A stretch of DNA of 63,828 nt, counting the filler, from Cercozoa sp. M6MM (Eukaryota > Protista > Endomyxa: Ascetosporea): assembly GCA_040357565.1 (NCBI GenBank). It is 12 parts of 12 records of this genome, joined end to end, with 100 filler letters (N's around TTAATTAATTAA, not from the genome) between each part and the next. Parts side by side here need not be neighbours in the genome. Positions count along the whole stretch, not along the records: positions 48,287 to 59,124 come from JBDODJ010000426.1; positions 59,225 to 62,415 come from JBDODJ010001567.1; positions 62,516 to 63,828 come from JBDODJ010002063.1; 9 more parts are not named here. One strand, given 5' to 3'. This document shows positions 51,498-63,828 of the stretch, one piece after another (the stretch's first letter is position 1; each line of letters opens with the position of its first letter). The notes beneath the pieces are model-generated. The model saw nothing but the letters and a program-made list of their open reading frames with translations. It ran no database searches and had not been told where the DNA came from. A program made the position numbers and the translations under genes.

Positions 51498-54428
51498 TTA
51501 GGTACACTGTTTTGGAAGCCGCATGGACTCTGCGTATCTATCGATGTCGCAGCCACGTAAGCGAGCCTCGTTATCCGCGGCTTTGGCGAGCCGCAGTGCA
51601 GTCGAAGTCCCTGGCTCTGCAGAGAATCGATAGGCGCAGGCAAGCCATGCGTAGATCTCGCCGTTTGCAGGTGCGCGCATCGAGGCCTGACTTAGCAGGT
51701 CGACTGCTTGTGTTGCATACTGCATCGACAACTGTGGGTCTTCATCGGCGTTGGTTGCACTCAGTTGGACGCATGCCTGCGCTGCTGCAAACCAGAAGAA
51801 CGACACATTGGGCGCCCACCTGCAATAGTATGAAATATCTATATTGGAGTGTTCAACTTCTTAAAGCTTTCAAGCGAGTGCGAGCAACTTACTGGCACAT
51901 TTCATTCGACAGTTCGAGAGCCAAAGTCCAGTTGCGTATCTCGGGCGAAAGCAGCACTTGTATCAGCAAGCGACAAGCTCGCAAGTCGATCGCTTCTTCG
52001 AGCGGAATCGCATCTTCTGGTCGTTTTCGACGCGACAGACGCGTTCCAGGAATCGATTTGAGGTAGTTCTTCAACGCATCACGAGCGCGCTTGAAGTTTC
52101 CCTTCGCAACTTCGCATTGGCCAATGACAGTCCAAGCAGCGATGCGGGACTGCACAATCTCGGCCGAGGCTTCAAAACTGAGTCGCAGTATTTCTTGCAA
52201 GCGCTGAGTCGACAGTTCAAACTGACTGCCGGCCAGAAGAACTCTTGAAGCACAGAGCAAAAGCGAGAGACGCTGCGACAGCGACATGCGTTTGTCTTTG
52301 GAAACTTCTTCGCAAACAGCGTCGAAGGCAAATGCACACGTGTCACTGCAGTGTGCGACAGGCGCAACGAGCGACTCGAGTGCGAGCAACGTGTTCACAA
52401 CGTGTTCTGTTTCTCCTTTCATCAAACGCCGCACGTTCTGTTTTAGAGTCGTTGTTGCGTGCTGTTCAGCATCCGACATACAACGAATCGCAGTCCAATG
52501 CAGCAACGCATCTTTTTGTTCTTCATCATCCTCGACGGTTTCGATAGCAAACTTGCACATGTTCTGAATGTCAACGACTCGACCGAGCGCCAGAGAGGTC
52601 AAGGCCAAAAGCTGCACAACTGAGTGTGAAGGCAACGCATCGATGCACGAAATCGCTTCTCGACAGCACGCTGTTGCAGACAGAAGGTTGTGTTCCGGGT
52701 CTTGGCGCCTGTCGATTAAGTAAGCGTGAGCCAACTGCTCCCAACGCTGCGCAATTTGCTCAGCCGCGTTTTTCGAAGCTTGCAGTTTCGTTATTTCTTC
52801 GGCCAAAAGTTCCCGCTGTGTGGCCGCGTCTTCCTCAAACTTGGCTTCTCTAATTCTGTCTTCAAACGCTGGTACTTCTACTTCAGCCACCGAGTCTTGG
52901 TACGGCGTTTCTGCTACTTTGCTCGGCTCGTTCAGAACGAGTTCGGAGTCAATCACGACTGTTCACGTTATAATCGTAGAGGATGGAGAGGAGGCTTCAT
53001 TCGTTTTTGTAAGGTATACCTTGAAGCTCGCGAGCCAACGAATCGTGTACTTTGAGTATCATCGCTTCGTCAATGTTGTCTTTTTTTCTTGCGTCAAAGA
53101 TCTTGGTGTAGATACTAAAGAGTCTCTCCGAGATCTCGGCAAAGTGACCTTCATTCCAGGCGTACAGCAATTCAGATCGCCGAGAGGCCGGAGTGCTGTC
53201 TGTGGTGCGAGTGGCCTCCAATGTGTCGATTAGCAACGCCAAGCAGCGTCTGCAACGCAGAATGAAAGACCTAAATTCCGACGGTACAGAAGCAAAGCGC
53301 TATGTACCTCACTTCAGAACGAAACTGACGGTGGATATCCTCTTTCAGCGGGTACTTGATAAAGTCCTTTCGGCCCGTTGCTTCTTTCGCAAGGTTCTCC
53401 CATGTCATCACAGGAGCAGCATGCGCAGGCAAGAAGGGTTTCGACATGACCAAGGAGGCACAATCCAGATCCTCTGCGCAAGTATCTGGCTCAAACAGCT
53501 CCTTGACACTGAAGTCGGCCTCCTCCAGGACAACAGTCTCATCCAGCTTCTTTGTTTTTCGGTAGGTCAAAGCCACTTTCAGACGGAGGGGTTCTTCCTT
53601 CAATTTCGATTCAGCAGTGTCCATGTGCTGCGCAGTAACCAAAAATGTGCGCTGTGGCAGCAGTTGTAAGTTAAGTTTCGTCGGAGCAGCTTCAGCAGTT
53701 TCCTCTTCTTTCAACCTCTCTTCCTCCACGCTTGCGAACTCAAACAGCTCGGAAACTGATCCTTTGTGCTTCATTTGAAGTCGGACAATGTCGCTCCATG
53801 AAAACGACACGTCCATCTCGACTTCCTGAGTCGGCGTCGCTTTCAATTGCTCGATAACTTGCGCTGCTTCTTCACTGATGTCGCGTAACTCGTGGACTTG
53901 AGGGTGTACCGTGATTTGCCCAGCCTTTTCTCGCTCCTTCTCGGTGGAGAAAAACTCTTCCTTTACCTCGAATGCTAACTTTCCAACCTGCCAACTGTCC
54001 TGAGCTTTCTTCTTCTTGCCCTTGCCGACAGGCTGGTGTCTGAAACGCAACGACACTCCTAACGGTGAGTTAAGCAGCTGCGACAAGACGAGTGAATTCA
54101 CTGGCGACGATAGCAACTGAACATCGACAGGGTTTCTTTCGCTGTTTTCGTCGACTTGAACCAGCTCTAGTTGTTCTGCACCTTCGTCGCCCTCTGCTGC
54201 TTTAATGTTGTCAAGAAATAGTCCAATTGAAGTGCGCTCGACAGCAGAGTCCGGTGATGTCAAGAGCAACTCGAACTTGCATGTTTCCCTTGCTTCTTCC
54301 AGCTTCGACCAGTCGACACTCACGTCCACAGGAACGGCGATCTTGCACGCAGCGGCAAGTGCGAACATGCCCGATTCTGCTTTAGAGCTTAGCGAGCAGG
54401 AGAGCCAACTGAGCGCTAAGTGTTCCAA
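51498..54428 (-). CDS. CFAP70: CFAP70/TTC18-like cilia-associated TPR protein
   Basis: Order of segments (RRSELLYAWNEGHF; IREAKFEED; CCREAIS; AWTVIGQCEVAKGNFKRARDAL; FWFAAAQAC..LSQASMRAPANGEIYAWLA) matches recalled CFAP70 architecture. Three GT-AG introns. Confidence 0.55.
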
Positions 54429-54566
54429 ACTGAAAATTCAGCGTCCGCGCGGCTGACAGCAAAAAACATAGCGACTCGACTAACTGAGGAACTGCTCTAC
54501 GCTAGAGATGTGTGAAACGTCCAGTTCGCACTAGCACAAAAATACAACTGTGGCTGCAGTTTGGGC

Positions 54567-55354
54567 TTAGTACTTCTCGACACGGCAGGCAGCTGCACAC
54601 AAGTTGCAAGCAAAATGAAAGGACAGAAACTATGGGCTGGTTGTTGGTGTTGATACCCGTGAAGACGTAGAACGTCGGCGAGGCGGCGGCGCCCTCGTAG
54701 CGGGCCGGGATGATGAGGCCGTCCGGGTTCATCGACTTGCCAACGTAGAACTCGAACTCGTCGAAGTTCTTGACGACAGTCTCCTTAACGAACTTCTTGA
54801 GCAAGGCGTACTCCTTGGCGAACTTGTTGTAGGCCTCCTTGGCCTGGTTCTTCGTGTAGTCGTCCTCAGCCTCGGCCACAGCAGCCTCGAGCTTGGCCTT
54901 CAGCGTCTTCCAGAAGCCCTTCATGAGCGCCTTGTACTCGGCCTTCGAGTACTGCATGGCCACGAGGCCGTGCGAGTCGACAACGTCGAGCGTCGTCTCC
55001 GTGGCATCGTCGGCCTCCTCCGACTCGAAGCCGTAGTCACCGCCGACAGCGACGCGGCGCGAGGCCTTCGTCACGATGGCGCCGCCCTCAATCTCCTGGG
55101 AGCCAGCGTCCGAGCCGACCTCGTCGCCTGCGTCACAGAAATCACAGCTCAACTCAACTCGAAAAAACAGCCATACAAAAACAGCCACGAAAAAAAAAGC
55201 ATGAACTGCACTAACACAACACACGCTTCCAGCCCCCCACGCCACTTCACTTATCTGTGTGCAAGCCTCTGACAGCACAGAGAGCACCACACGGCGCGCA
55301 ACAACACAAGCGGGAAAACAGCGTACCCGAGATGTGGTCGATGTAAACCTTCAT
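54567..55354 (-). CDS. TPT1: Translationally controlled tumour protein (TCTP)
   Basis: MKVYIDHISG|DEVGSD..LDVVDSHGL..NFDEFEFYVGKSMNPDG..PTFYVFT|AACRVEKY*. Confidence 0.9.
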
Positions 55355-55579
55355 TGAAGCTACTAGTTCGTTCGCGTAAGCCAAGCCAAGGCCGTGAGCT
55401 GTTTATGGGGCAGGGGAAGGGCGCGCCTCGTTTTTTGTTTTCTTTATTCTTTGCCACGTGTTCTACGAATCCCGGCGCTCTTTCTTTCCGCTCCAGAGTC
55501 CGTAAAGCGGAGTTTAGAGGCGCATAATCACTTTTGACGTTAAGTAGTTACTATAGGATCCCTGCAGGTCCCGTCCGAG

Positions 55580-57407
55580 TCAGGATGACGACGAGACGGC
55601 GATAGTGTCAAGCAGCTGGAGCAGCGAGTGCGCGAACACGCGCACGTTGTGCTCGAATGTGCCAGGCTGCTGCAGCGACTCTCGCGGTACCAGACAGACC
55701 AGTGTGAGGTGGCGGCCCAGGTAGCGCAGTGTGAGTGAGTAGCGCTCGTTCAGTTCGATGCGCGCTTGAGAGTTCTTGGTGTACACCTTGTCGACTGTTC
55801 GCTCTGCCAATCAACCAGAATACACAACTAAAAAGCAGGCGAAGAAAACTACCCTGCGAATCTTCGGCAGGCAGGCCGTACAGAGTGCCCAGATCGACAA
55901 AGACATCAAGGAACTCGGTGCACAAGGCAAAGACATTAGCGTCGATGGGATTGCTGTCGGTCGCCACGAACAACTTGCTTCGAGTGTCGAAGAGAAAAGC
56001 TTTGTCCACGGCACTGTTCGCTATCAACGAGTCCACGAGATTTCCCTAGTCAAGCAACAGTCAGAATGCATGAACGGTTCAGTCAGAATGCATGCACGGT
56101 TCAGTCAGAGCCTCGAAAGAAAGGTACCACAGCATGCGCGTTGGCATGCGCGTTGCCAACCAGTTTCTGCACGACGCGCGACATGGCTTCCAACAGGATC
56201 GGTTCGTGAATGCTCGTGAGATGGCACTGGAAGCCCACTTCTGCCATGCCGAGATCACGCAGCACCTGACCCAGCGAGACCTGCACGAGTCGCTGCAGGT
56301 CGAAGCGCGCCTCGTCGCTGAAGTAGTTGCCCGTGTCGCCTCCGTCCACCTTGTGCACAAACACGTCGAAATGAATGTCGCGCCGCACCTCGTGCGCCGT
56401 GCGAATCACCCGAGCTATCTGGTCCACGGCGTCATCGAACGGTTCTGTCGTGTCCTGGGCGTCCAAAACGAACACCACACTCCAGCACTTTGCAAACTGC
56501 GCAGAAAGCAATTTATTACTTTTCCACGTCCGCGCGGATGTAGAGAAAATACCAAAATTCGCGCGTCCAAATTCACGTCAACGACGTCAGTGTCAATGTC
56601 TAGATCAGTTGTGTCTGTTGGTGGCGTCTCCACCGATGTAGCGAATGCCTCATCGAGCACTACGGATCGAAAATAAAATCGACTCAGGTCAGAGCTGGAA
56701 TCAAAAATATACACGCTGAACTGCCAGGCGTGTCGCGCAGTCTATCGACACCAATCGCTGCTGATCGACCGACGAACTGGTGCGAAGTTGCTCTGGCTGT
56801 TTATAGTGTTCAAGCAAGTTTAATCACCTCAAAAGCACAATAGTTTAATCAGTTCAAAAGCACAATCCACAAGTCAATCCTCTGTACCAGGAAGTGGCTT
56901 TTCGCGATGGAACATTGATCGAAACGGAATGCCTGAAACCGTTCTTCACTGTGACAAACACTTTCAACACGCAAACACACAAAGTACCACCAGGCCAGTC
57001 AACTAGCTGCACATTCATGAGAGTGTTGCTGTTGTAATGATGGAACGAAGGCATGCTGGTCTCCTCGGCCAGAGCCACGTCCTGTGGCGCTGCACCTTCG
57101 AATACGACCCTACAGACCGAAAAGAGTAACAACACACTCCTAAGCTACTGCTGAAGCAAGAAAAAGGTACCGCCTGATGGAGGATTTGCCGACAAAACGA
57201 CGCACAGACATCAGGTAAATCGTCGGCACATTCGGGTCCAGTTCGCTCAACTGCCGGATCACTCGGTCCCTCTGCAGAGTCCCAAACACGTACGTATACA
57301 TCCACTCCATCTGAGACCGTAGTGAAACGTACGCGTTCCTGCGACAGCGCGCGCCTGGCGGCATTCACACCGAGACCGCCCAGCGACGATGAAACTGAAA
57401 AGTCCAT
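55580..57407 (-). CDS. Rag GTPase, RagC/RagD (Gtr2) type, divergent
   Basis: IYLMSVRRFVGKSSIRRVVF; LVDWPG; VVFVLDAQD; FDVFVHKVDG; HLTSIH; SRVVQKL; KAFLFD..SKLFVATDSNP (roadblock domain). Confidence 0.88.
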
Positions 57408-57813
57408 TAAAATGCTATAGGCACCGCACTAAACACACTTAGAGCGTAGTAGCACGGACTAGTGCACATCGAGAAATCACAGGGCTGGTCTGCGGTTGGT
57501 TTAATTTCGATCGGTGGTACAGCAAGACGGCACAAACGGACAGGCGCAAAGGAGGTCACGCGCTTTTTGAGAAAAAAGCATCTTTGTTCGCTGTTCCGCA
57601 GTTGTCGTCATTGTTGTAGCGTTGCTGGCAGTGTTCTGCAGTCGCGTGAGCAGTGGGAGTGTTGACAAGCAGTTTGTGTTGAAAGCGCCGTTTTCGCCGT
57701 GATTTTTTTGTGGGTTTGAGCGATCTCTCTCAAGTCTGACCCCCAACCGTCGTAAAGATACAAGTGGAGCAAGAAAGAGTTTGAGAAGGAAGCCAGACAG
57801 AACACAGTGGAAG

Positions 57814-58464
57814 ATGAGCAGCACCGAGTCGGCAGGCAAGAAGCACTCGGACGAGATGATCAATGAGTATCAGATGGCGTTCCACTTCTTTGATCGCAGC
57901 GACACCGGCAAGATCGCCGTGCAGGACCTGTTCCAAGTGATGAAGGAGCTCACGGCCGACAAGCCGCCCACCAAGGCCGAGATCCAGCAGGTCATGAACG
58001 AGGTCGACATGGACTCGGACGGTGCCGTCAACTTCAAGGAGTTCCTGCAGGTATGCACACGCGCTTTGATGTGCTATCCGTCTGTTATGGTTCCTGCGTG
58101 TTCCAACAGGTGATGGAGCGCGTCGTGGACAACTCGAAGCTCTCGATCGACTACGAGAATCCGGAGGAAGGCGACCCGGACAAGCGCGCCTTCCGACTCC
58201 TGGACCGCCAGGGCGAGGGCAAGATCACGCGCGCCGCGCTGCGTCAGTTCATGGCGCAGATCGGCGAAAAGGTCACGGACTCGCAGGCGCAGGAGATGAT
58301 CGATGAGATGGCCACGCACAAGGGCTCCGACTCGATCTCTTTCACTGGTACCCACATCTTCACTTGACTTGACTGTATTGCATTGTTACTCTTTTTTTTT
58401 GTACGCGTTTGCTTCCTGTGCAGAGTTCATGCTCATGATGCAGACCAAGCCGGAGGATCAGTAG
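57814..58464 (+). CDS. Calmodulin/centrin-like EF-hand protein
   Basis: EF loops DRSDTGKIAVQD, DMDSDGAVNFKE, DRQGEGKITRAA and a degenerate fourth. Two GT-AG introns. Confidence 0.88.
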
Positions 58465-59076
58465 AGCCATGTCGACTCGACTGCAGCGTGATGACTCACT
58501 GTATGAGTTAATACTTGAATTATTTAACCAAAGCAAAACTAATCAGTCAATGGAAATGGACTGACTCATCCACATCGGAGTGTCAACTGAGCGTGTGGTG
58601 ATTAACGTTATGCTACGGCATAGCGTTTCTCAATCAAGCCGTACCAGTTATCCGAACTGCTTAGGCAAGGAATGTCAACGCAAGTGTGGTTCTTTGCTCG
58701 TCGTCTGTCTCCAAGTCACGCTTCACTCGAGCCAACGGTGTGCGTATCGGCCGAGGCCAGTGTGACATAGCCACGGCGCTGCATCGCTGCGTCATGTTTC
58801 TTCAAAGACAAGGGCGTCTTGGATTCCCGCCGTTTACCATACGTGAGCCTGCCGCACAGAGATAACTGCGTAAACTACTCCCAGATATCTGGCAGCATAT
58901 AGTTACCAAAGAAGGTAGGAGCCTTCGCCCATTTCTCGCTGACGCTGTCTGCACAGGCACACACACACTTGAACAAGCAGACTTGAAAAATGAAAAGACA
59001 ATCGAACGTACTCTGCACTGCGATAACGCTCATACCACGACGACTTTAACCGCGTCAACGAATACTCAGATCCTGC

Positions 59077-59124
<48 letters not shown>

Positions 59125-59319
59125 NNNNNNNNNNNNNNNNNNNNNNNNNNNNNNNNNNNNNNNNNNNNTTAATTAATTAANNNNNNNNNNNNNNNNNNNN
59201 NNNNNNNNNNNNNNNNNNNNNNNNGTGTTACGCTGTTGCGGACTCGCATCGGTTGCTTTGCTTTGTTTTTTCCCCCCCCCCCCCGTTTGCCCCCCTGTTT
59301 ATCCCTCGCGATTGTAGCG

Positions 59320-62190
59320 GCGGAAATTCGTGCATTTTCGGTGGTTTCGACGCTCACGTTGTCGCCAGTGTCGCTCGGTTTTTCTGTTTTTTGTTGTCGT
59401 TGTTTTGCGCCTGTCCGCGCGGACGCTTTGTTGTTGTGGCGCAGACACGTTGCCGCTCTCGATGCGTCAGAACAACATCGAGGTGTGTGTGTGTGTGTGT
59501 GTGCACTTTTGAGGTGGCTATTTTGCGGTGGCTATTTTTGAGCTGGCTATTTTTGAGGTGGCTATTTTAAGGTGGTGTGTGTTTGATCAGTACGAGAAAC
59601 GGCGGCGTGGACACTTTTTCGAACGCATGCTGCACGAGGTCGATGTACAACGCACCTTGTTTTTTTGCCCCCCCCCCCCCCCCCCGACCCCCATCCCATG
59701 TTCCCCCAGTCGGGAGGCTTCAGTGACCATGTGATGACGGCGGCCTTAAGCAACATAGGAGTCCGTACTACGGTGGGTTTGTACCGAGTGTAGCCACCTG
59801 TGTGTTGATTTAAGGCTGCGTGTCTCTGTGTAGGAGAAGACGTCGGCGATGAAGTTCGACATGAGCACCGTCATGTTCGTGTAGATTATCGTTTTTGTTA
59901 AGGGGGCGGTTTTGTCCACTTGGACCGAGAGTGTAGCCACATTGAGAATCACCTCGAACTCACCGAGACGCACACGTCGGCGTAGCTTTGACTTTATCCC
60001 CCTCTTTACCTCTTTACCCCTTTACCCCCTGCCCCGTTGCTAGTCACTTGGCACGCGCGCTGTCGTCGCTCTTTGCTGACTGGTGCGTTTCTTGAACCTG
60101 CGCAGCCTTAAGAGTACTCGTATGTGTTTTGTCCAAAAGGGACGGAATCGTCGCTCGCAACGGACTCTCGCGGACTGACGTCTGCGACACTGACTACGTG
60201 TACCACCCTCTTCGAGAGGGGCGTAAGGGTGGTGTAAGGCGGGGGGGGGGGGTAATGGCTGGGGGTAGGCTAAAAGCCGAACGAAAGACACTGGTGTGCC
60301 CTTAGCGCGGCCTTCACGTCGCCGGACAGTCACCTGGCGCACCACGAGAAAGTGCTCGAAACCGCTTTTGAAATCGTACTGCAAAAAAGAGCTTTTTCTT
60401 TTTGAATACTCCAAATGCAAGGTGAAACGTGTTCACTAACGTGTTCACTGCTGTGCACAGCTTAGCCACGCGCTGGAAGGCTCGGGCACACTCTTCAACG
60501 GCGCCGTTGTACTCCGAATCGGCGTGGCTACAGGCGAACTGATCGCGGTGAGTGTTTCTCTGAGTTTTGTTCTCAGTTGTTTATTTTGTGCCCAGGGCAT
60601 TGAAAGTCGGCGCCAACCCATTTTGCGCTCTTTTGGACAAGCCGTGGATGCTGCAGCCACTGTGGCGTTCGCTGGACCTCGTATCTTCCAAAACACCAGT
60701 TGCAAAGAATTCCTGTCGAGTTGATTTTACAACTGGTGTAGCCAACGCTGTCTACTGCACGAACGAAACTGCACGACGTGTGCTGTCTCGCTCCGCGCTT
60801 TTCCGCTTTCTGTACGCGTTGTTTAGTTGACTTTTATTTGTATTTGTCTCCGAGTTTTGTATTTTTTTGTGGCTCAGTCCGTTCCACGCGTCGATTCAAA
60901 GCAAAGCGTTTGCGCAGGTACGTGCTGACACTGTTTTGAGTGTTTTGGCATGTGTTTGTGCAGTTTAAGAAGGGCCGACAAGATGAGCCGCCAGCCACGG
61001 TCAGTTTGCTCCTTTCGGTTTTCAGTTTCAAAAAAGCAAAACTTAAATCATTGGGAGCCGGAAACTGAAAACTAAAAAAACTAAGCTGGAAACTGAAATC
61101 AGTTTTTGATTTCACTTTCAGTTGTGATGTGAGCTTTCAGTTGTGATGTAAGCTTTCAGTTTTTTGATTTCAGCTTTCAGTTTTTGATCTCAGCTTTCAG
61201 TTCTTGATTTCAGCTTTCAGTTCTTGATTTTAAGCTTTCAGTTTTCGATTTTTTAGCGTTCAGTTTTCAGACTCAGCTTTTCAGTTTTTGATTTAGCTTG
61301 CAGTGTTTGTGAACTTTCGCTCTGCAAGCTTGCAGTTTGGACCAAGCCTTTTTAAATGTCGGGGGTTGCCGCAGGTGCCGGCGTTTCGCGTGCGACGGTT
61401 GCTGCTGCGAGAAACGGCGTCGCTGCGCTCGTGCGGCTCACCCAGAGGTGAGTGAGTTCGAGGGCCAGTCGTTGGGGTCATGGGTCAGTTGATTGTCTGT
61501 GTGGGTTGGCAGAGGACTGGGACATGGCCTACCGCGGCATCGACGACGGCGTGCTGACGGACACTTGGCACGCCTCGAGTGCTGTGGCGACTGTACTTTG
61601 CCCCCCCCCTTTACCCCCCTTCTTACCCCCTTACCCCTCCCCCAGGCACTGTCGTTCAAGGCGGTGCGCTTGCGTGCGGAGAATTGGCGCGTAATTTCGT
61701 TGTTGTTTTCTTTTTGTGTTTTTTCGCGTTGTTGTTTTTCTGTTGTTGCTGTTGTTGTTGTTTTTTCTGTTGTTGTTTTTTTTTTGTTGTTGTTTTTTCT
61801 GTTGTTGTATTTTATTGTTGTTTTTTCGTTTGGACAGCGGCAGGAGCAGAAGCGAAGGTTGGATTAGTTCTACCCCCCCCCCCCACTTCCCCCCCCCCCT
61901 TTACCCCCCACTTTACCCCCTTTACCCCCCACTTTACCCCCTTTACCCCCTACCCCCTCTTTACCCCCCTCTTTACCCCCCTCTATTGCAATTTGCAGGG
62001 AGAACGCGGACGAGATTCTGCGGGCGGCGCACACGGCGTTTCTCTCGGTGAGAAACGAAAGGGGGGGGGGGCGTTTCTGGTCCAGTCGGACGACGGTTTG
62101 TCCGAACCGTATTGTTGTTGTTTTTTCGGACAGGACCGTTCGCGTACCGGCGGACGAATTCGACTCAGTTCGCACGCGGCCATCAGGTTA
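59320..62190 (+). CDS. Class III adenylyl/guanylyl cyclase-like protein fragment, catalytically degenerate
   Basis: Spliced AMKFDMSTVMFVHI..LSSLFADWDGIVARNGLSRTDVCDTDY..HEKVLETAFEI..LRIGVATGELIAGIESRRQPILRSFGQAVDAAATVAFAGPPNAVYCTNETARRV is colinear with the CYCc consensus. Confidence 0.7.
61015..61296. repeat. Intronic minisatellite (about 19-20 nt, AGCTTTCAGTTTTTGATTTC) preceded by inverted AAACTGAAA copies
   Basis: About ten degenerate copies visible inside intron 61000-61374. Confidence 0.85.
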
Positions 62191-62654
62191 CCCCCCTGTT
62201 TACCCCCCTGTTTACCCCTCTGTTTACCCCCCTGTTTAGCCCCCTATTTAGCCCCCTGTTTAGTCCCCTGTTTACCCCCTCCCTATTTAACCTCCTTTTT
62301 ACCCCCCTTCTATTTAACCCCCTAGTTAACCCCTATTTACCCCCCTGTTTACCCCCTATTTAACCTCCATTTACCCCCCTGTTTACCCTCCTATTTAAGC
62401 CCCTGTTTACCCCCCNNNNNNNNNNNNNNNNNNNNNNNNNNNNNNNNNNNNNNNNNNNNTTAATTAATTAANNNNNNNNNNNNNNNNNNNNNNNNNNNNN
62501 NNNNNNNNNNNNNNNATATATATATATATGCAGTACCCAGTATACATAATACATCCATATATGTATATATATATATGCACTACAAATATATAGTACTATA
62601 TATATGTATATGTATATATATACATATATATATATAGTATATTTAATGATACCC

Positions 62655-63700
62655 TCATCGTTGAGCCAGTCGACACGAAAGCACTCCAGTCCGCGCGCAT
62701 TCTCCTTCAAGTTCTGCAACTGCACACGGGGGATTAGAGAGCGGGGGTAAAAGAAAGAACGGCGGGTAAAGGGACAGCAACGTTGGAGAAGAAGTTGCCG
62801 GCGAGGTCGCCCAACACGAGAAAGTTTATCTGCGGCGGTAACAGGTCGCCGTGTCGCACGACAAAGTCGAACAACCCGGCAGCAGGCACACGCAGCAGTG
62901 TCACACTTGTACTACCAGTCGATACAATTGTACCCAGTACATTGGACCAGGGGACATATACTACATAAGGGAGTGTCAAGATACGTGGAATTCCCCAACA
63001 GTGCATCGGCTACGTCGAACTCCGTCTTGATTCTGTCTCCATCCAGTTAAAAAATATCACCTGTCATACCGATGTGGCTACATGCAGTACATGTTGTTCA
63101 TCCGCGCCGACAGTGAGGCATGCAAACGAGCCAAGCTGGCAGTGTCCACGTGTTGACGCAGCAGGTGCAGCACACGTGCCAGTGTCCATCCAGTGACACG
63201 CGGTTGTTGTGGCAGTCCTGTCAGACACTCGGCAACCTGGCGGTACAGACTGCTGTCCTGCACACTCACTGTACTTTACCCCCACCCCTCCTTTACACCC
63301 TATACCCCTTCTACTCCCCGTTGTAGTACCGGATGCAGCGTGACACGCGGTGCCACACGACGTCGCAGCAGCAGCGACATCGGCGACGTGATGCCCGAGT
63401 TCATGTCGAACGAGGACTGCACCTTGTTGACATCGATCGTCATCTGCGTCTGCCGGTCCGACAGGAACTGCGACCAGTTGGTTCAAGGTAATGAGAGGAA
63501 TGGGTCTAGTAGACTACACAGGGATGTGCTAGGAATGCAGGTACATCGACGGTGTCGTGCGACGAGTGGACCGGGTGCGGCGTCACTCCGAACAGCAGCG
63601 GCAGCAAGTGCAAGGGAACGTTGCCCAACTGCTGCTGCCACACCGCGTGCGACTGCGTGTGGCTCACCTTCGTCTTGGTCTACGGTACATGTTATACATT
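62655..63700 (-). CDS. Internal fragment of an unidentified multi-exon gene
   Basis: Exons such as DSSLYRQVAECLTGLPQQPRVTGWTLARVLHLL and LFDFVVRHGDLLPPQINFLVLGDL with GT-AG borders. Confidence 0.35.
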
Positions 63701-63828
63701 TATAGATATAAATAGGTACAGTTATGTAGACCATGAACCACACACATACACACACATACATATACATACATACATACATAAATACACATACATACATACA
63801 CATACATACATACACATACATACATACA

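Noticed and set aside
61100-61296. CRISPR array
   Set aside because: Tandem units without unique spacers, inside a eukaryotic intron, and no cas genes.
62188-62415. True telomere at contig end
   Set aside because: The repeat is degenerate, begins at a GT donor, and the same repeat occurs internally in introns.
1-63828. Stop-codon reassignment
   Set aside because: TAA (PDHB, ARPC3, TCTP), TAG (PABPN1, JMJD8) and TGA (MOB4, RagC) all end conserved proteins, and internal stops fall in introns.
1-63828. tRNA, rRNA or snRNA genes
   Set aside because: No convincing cloverleaf or conserved snRNA/rRNA signature was found by eye; a covariance-model search would be needed to exclude them.

Overview
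Eukaryotic (protist-like) nuclear DNA. It is not one locus: 12 contigs are joined by 11 artificial 100-nt spacers (N44-TTAATTAATTAA-N44), so adjacency across a spacer means nothing. Genes are compact and very intron-dense, mostly with 50-60 nt GT-AG introns and weak GTAC/GTGC-type donors; some introns are inflated by simple repeats. The supplied ORF track is therefore largely misleading, and all gene models here were spliced by hand and named from remembered family motifs, with no database search. Recognisable genes: PABPN1 3' end, a Ser/Asp-rich RING protein, an acyltransferase-3-like membrane protein, a GT92-like glycosyltransferase with a beta-trefoil tail, a WASP-family VVCA end, an AzoR-like azoreductase, ARPC3, TMEM135-like, JMJD8-like, THOC2 and TRRAP fragments, alkaline phosphatase, SpoU methyltransferase, PDHB, Tom7-like, neuferricin-like, a standalone C-CAP, MOB4, CFAP70, TCTP, RagC/D, a calmodulin-like protein and a class III cyclase-like protein. 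Main oddities: (1) a bacterial-type AzoR gene whose full-length protein appears to need two non-canonical GA-AG introns, plus a GC-AG intron in PDHB; (2) a RagC/D with an altered P-loop, no switch-II Gln and a ~60-aa insert; (3) a cyclase domain lacking all four catalytic residues; (4) strand-biased G4-type and palindromic repeat expansions inside introns.
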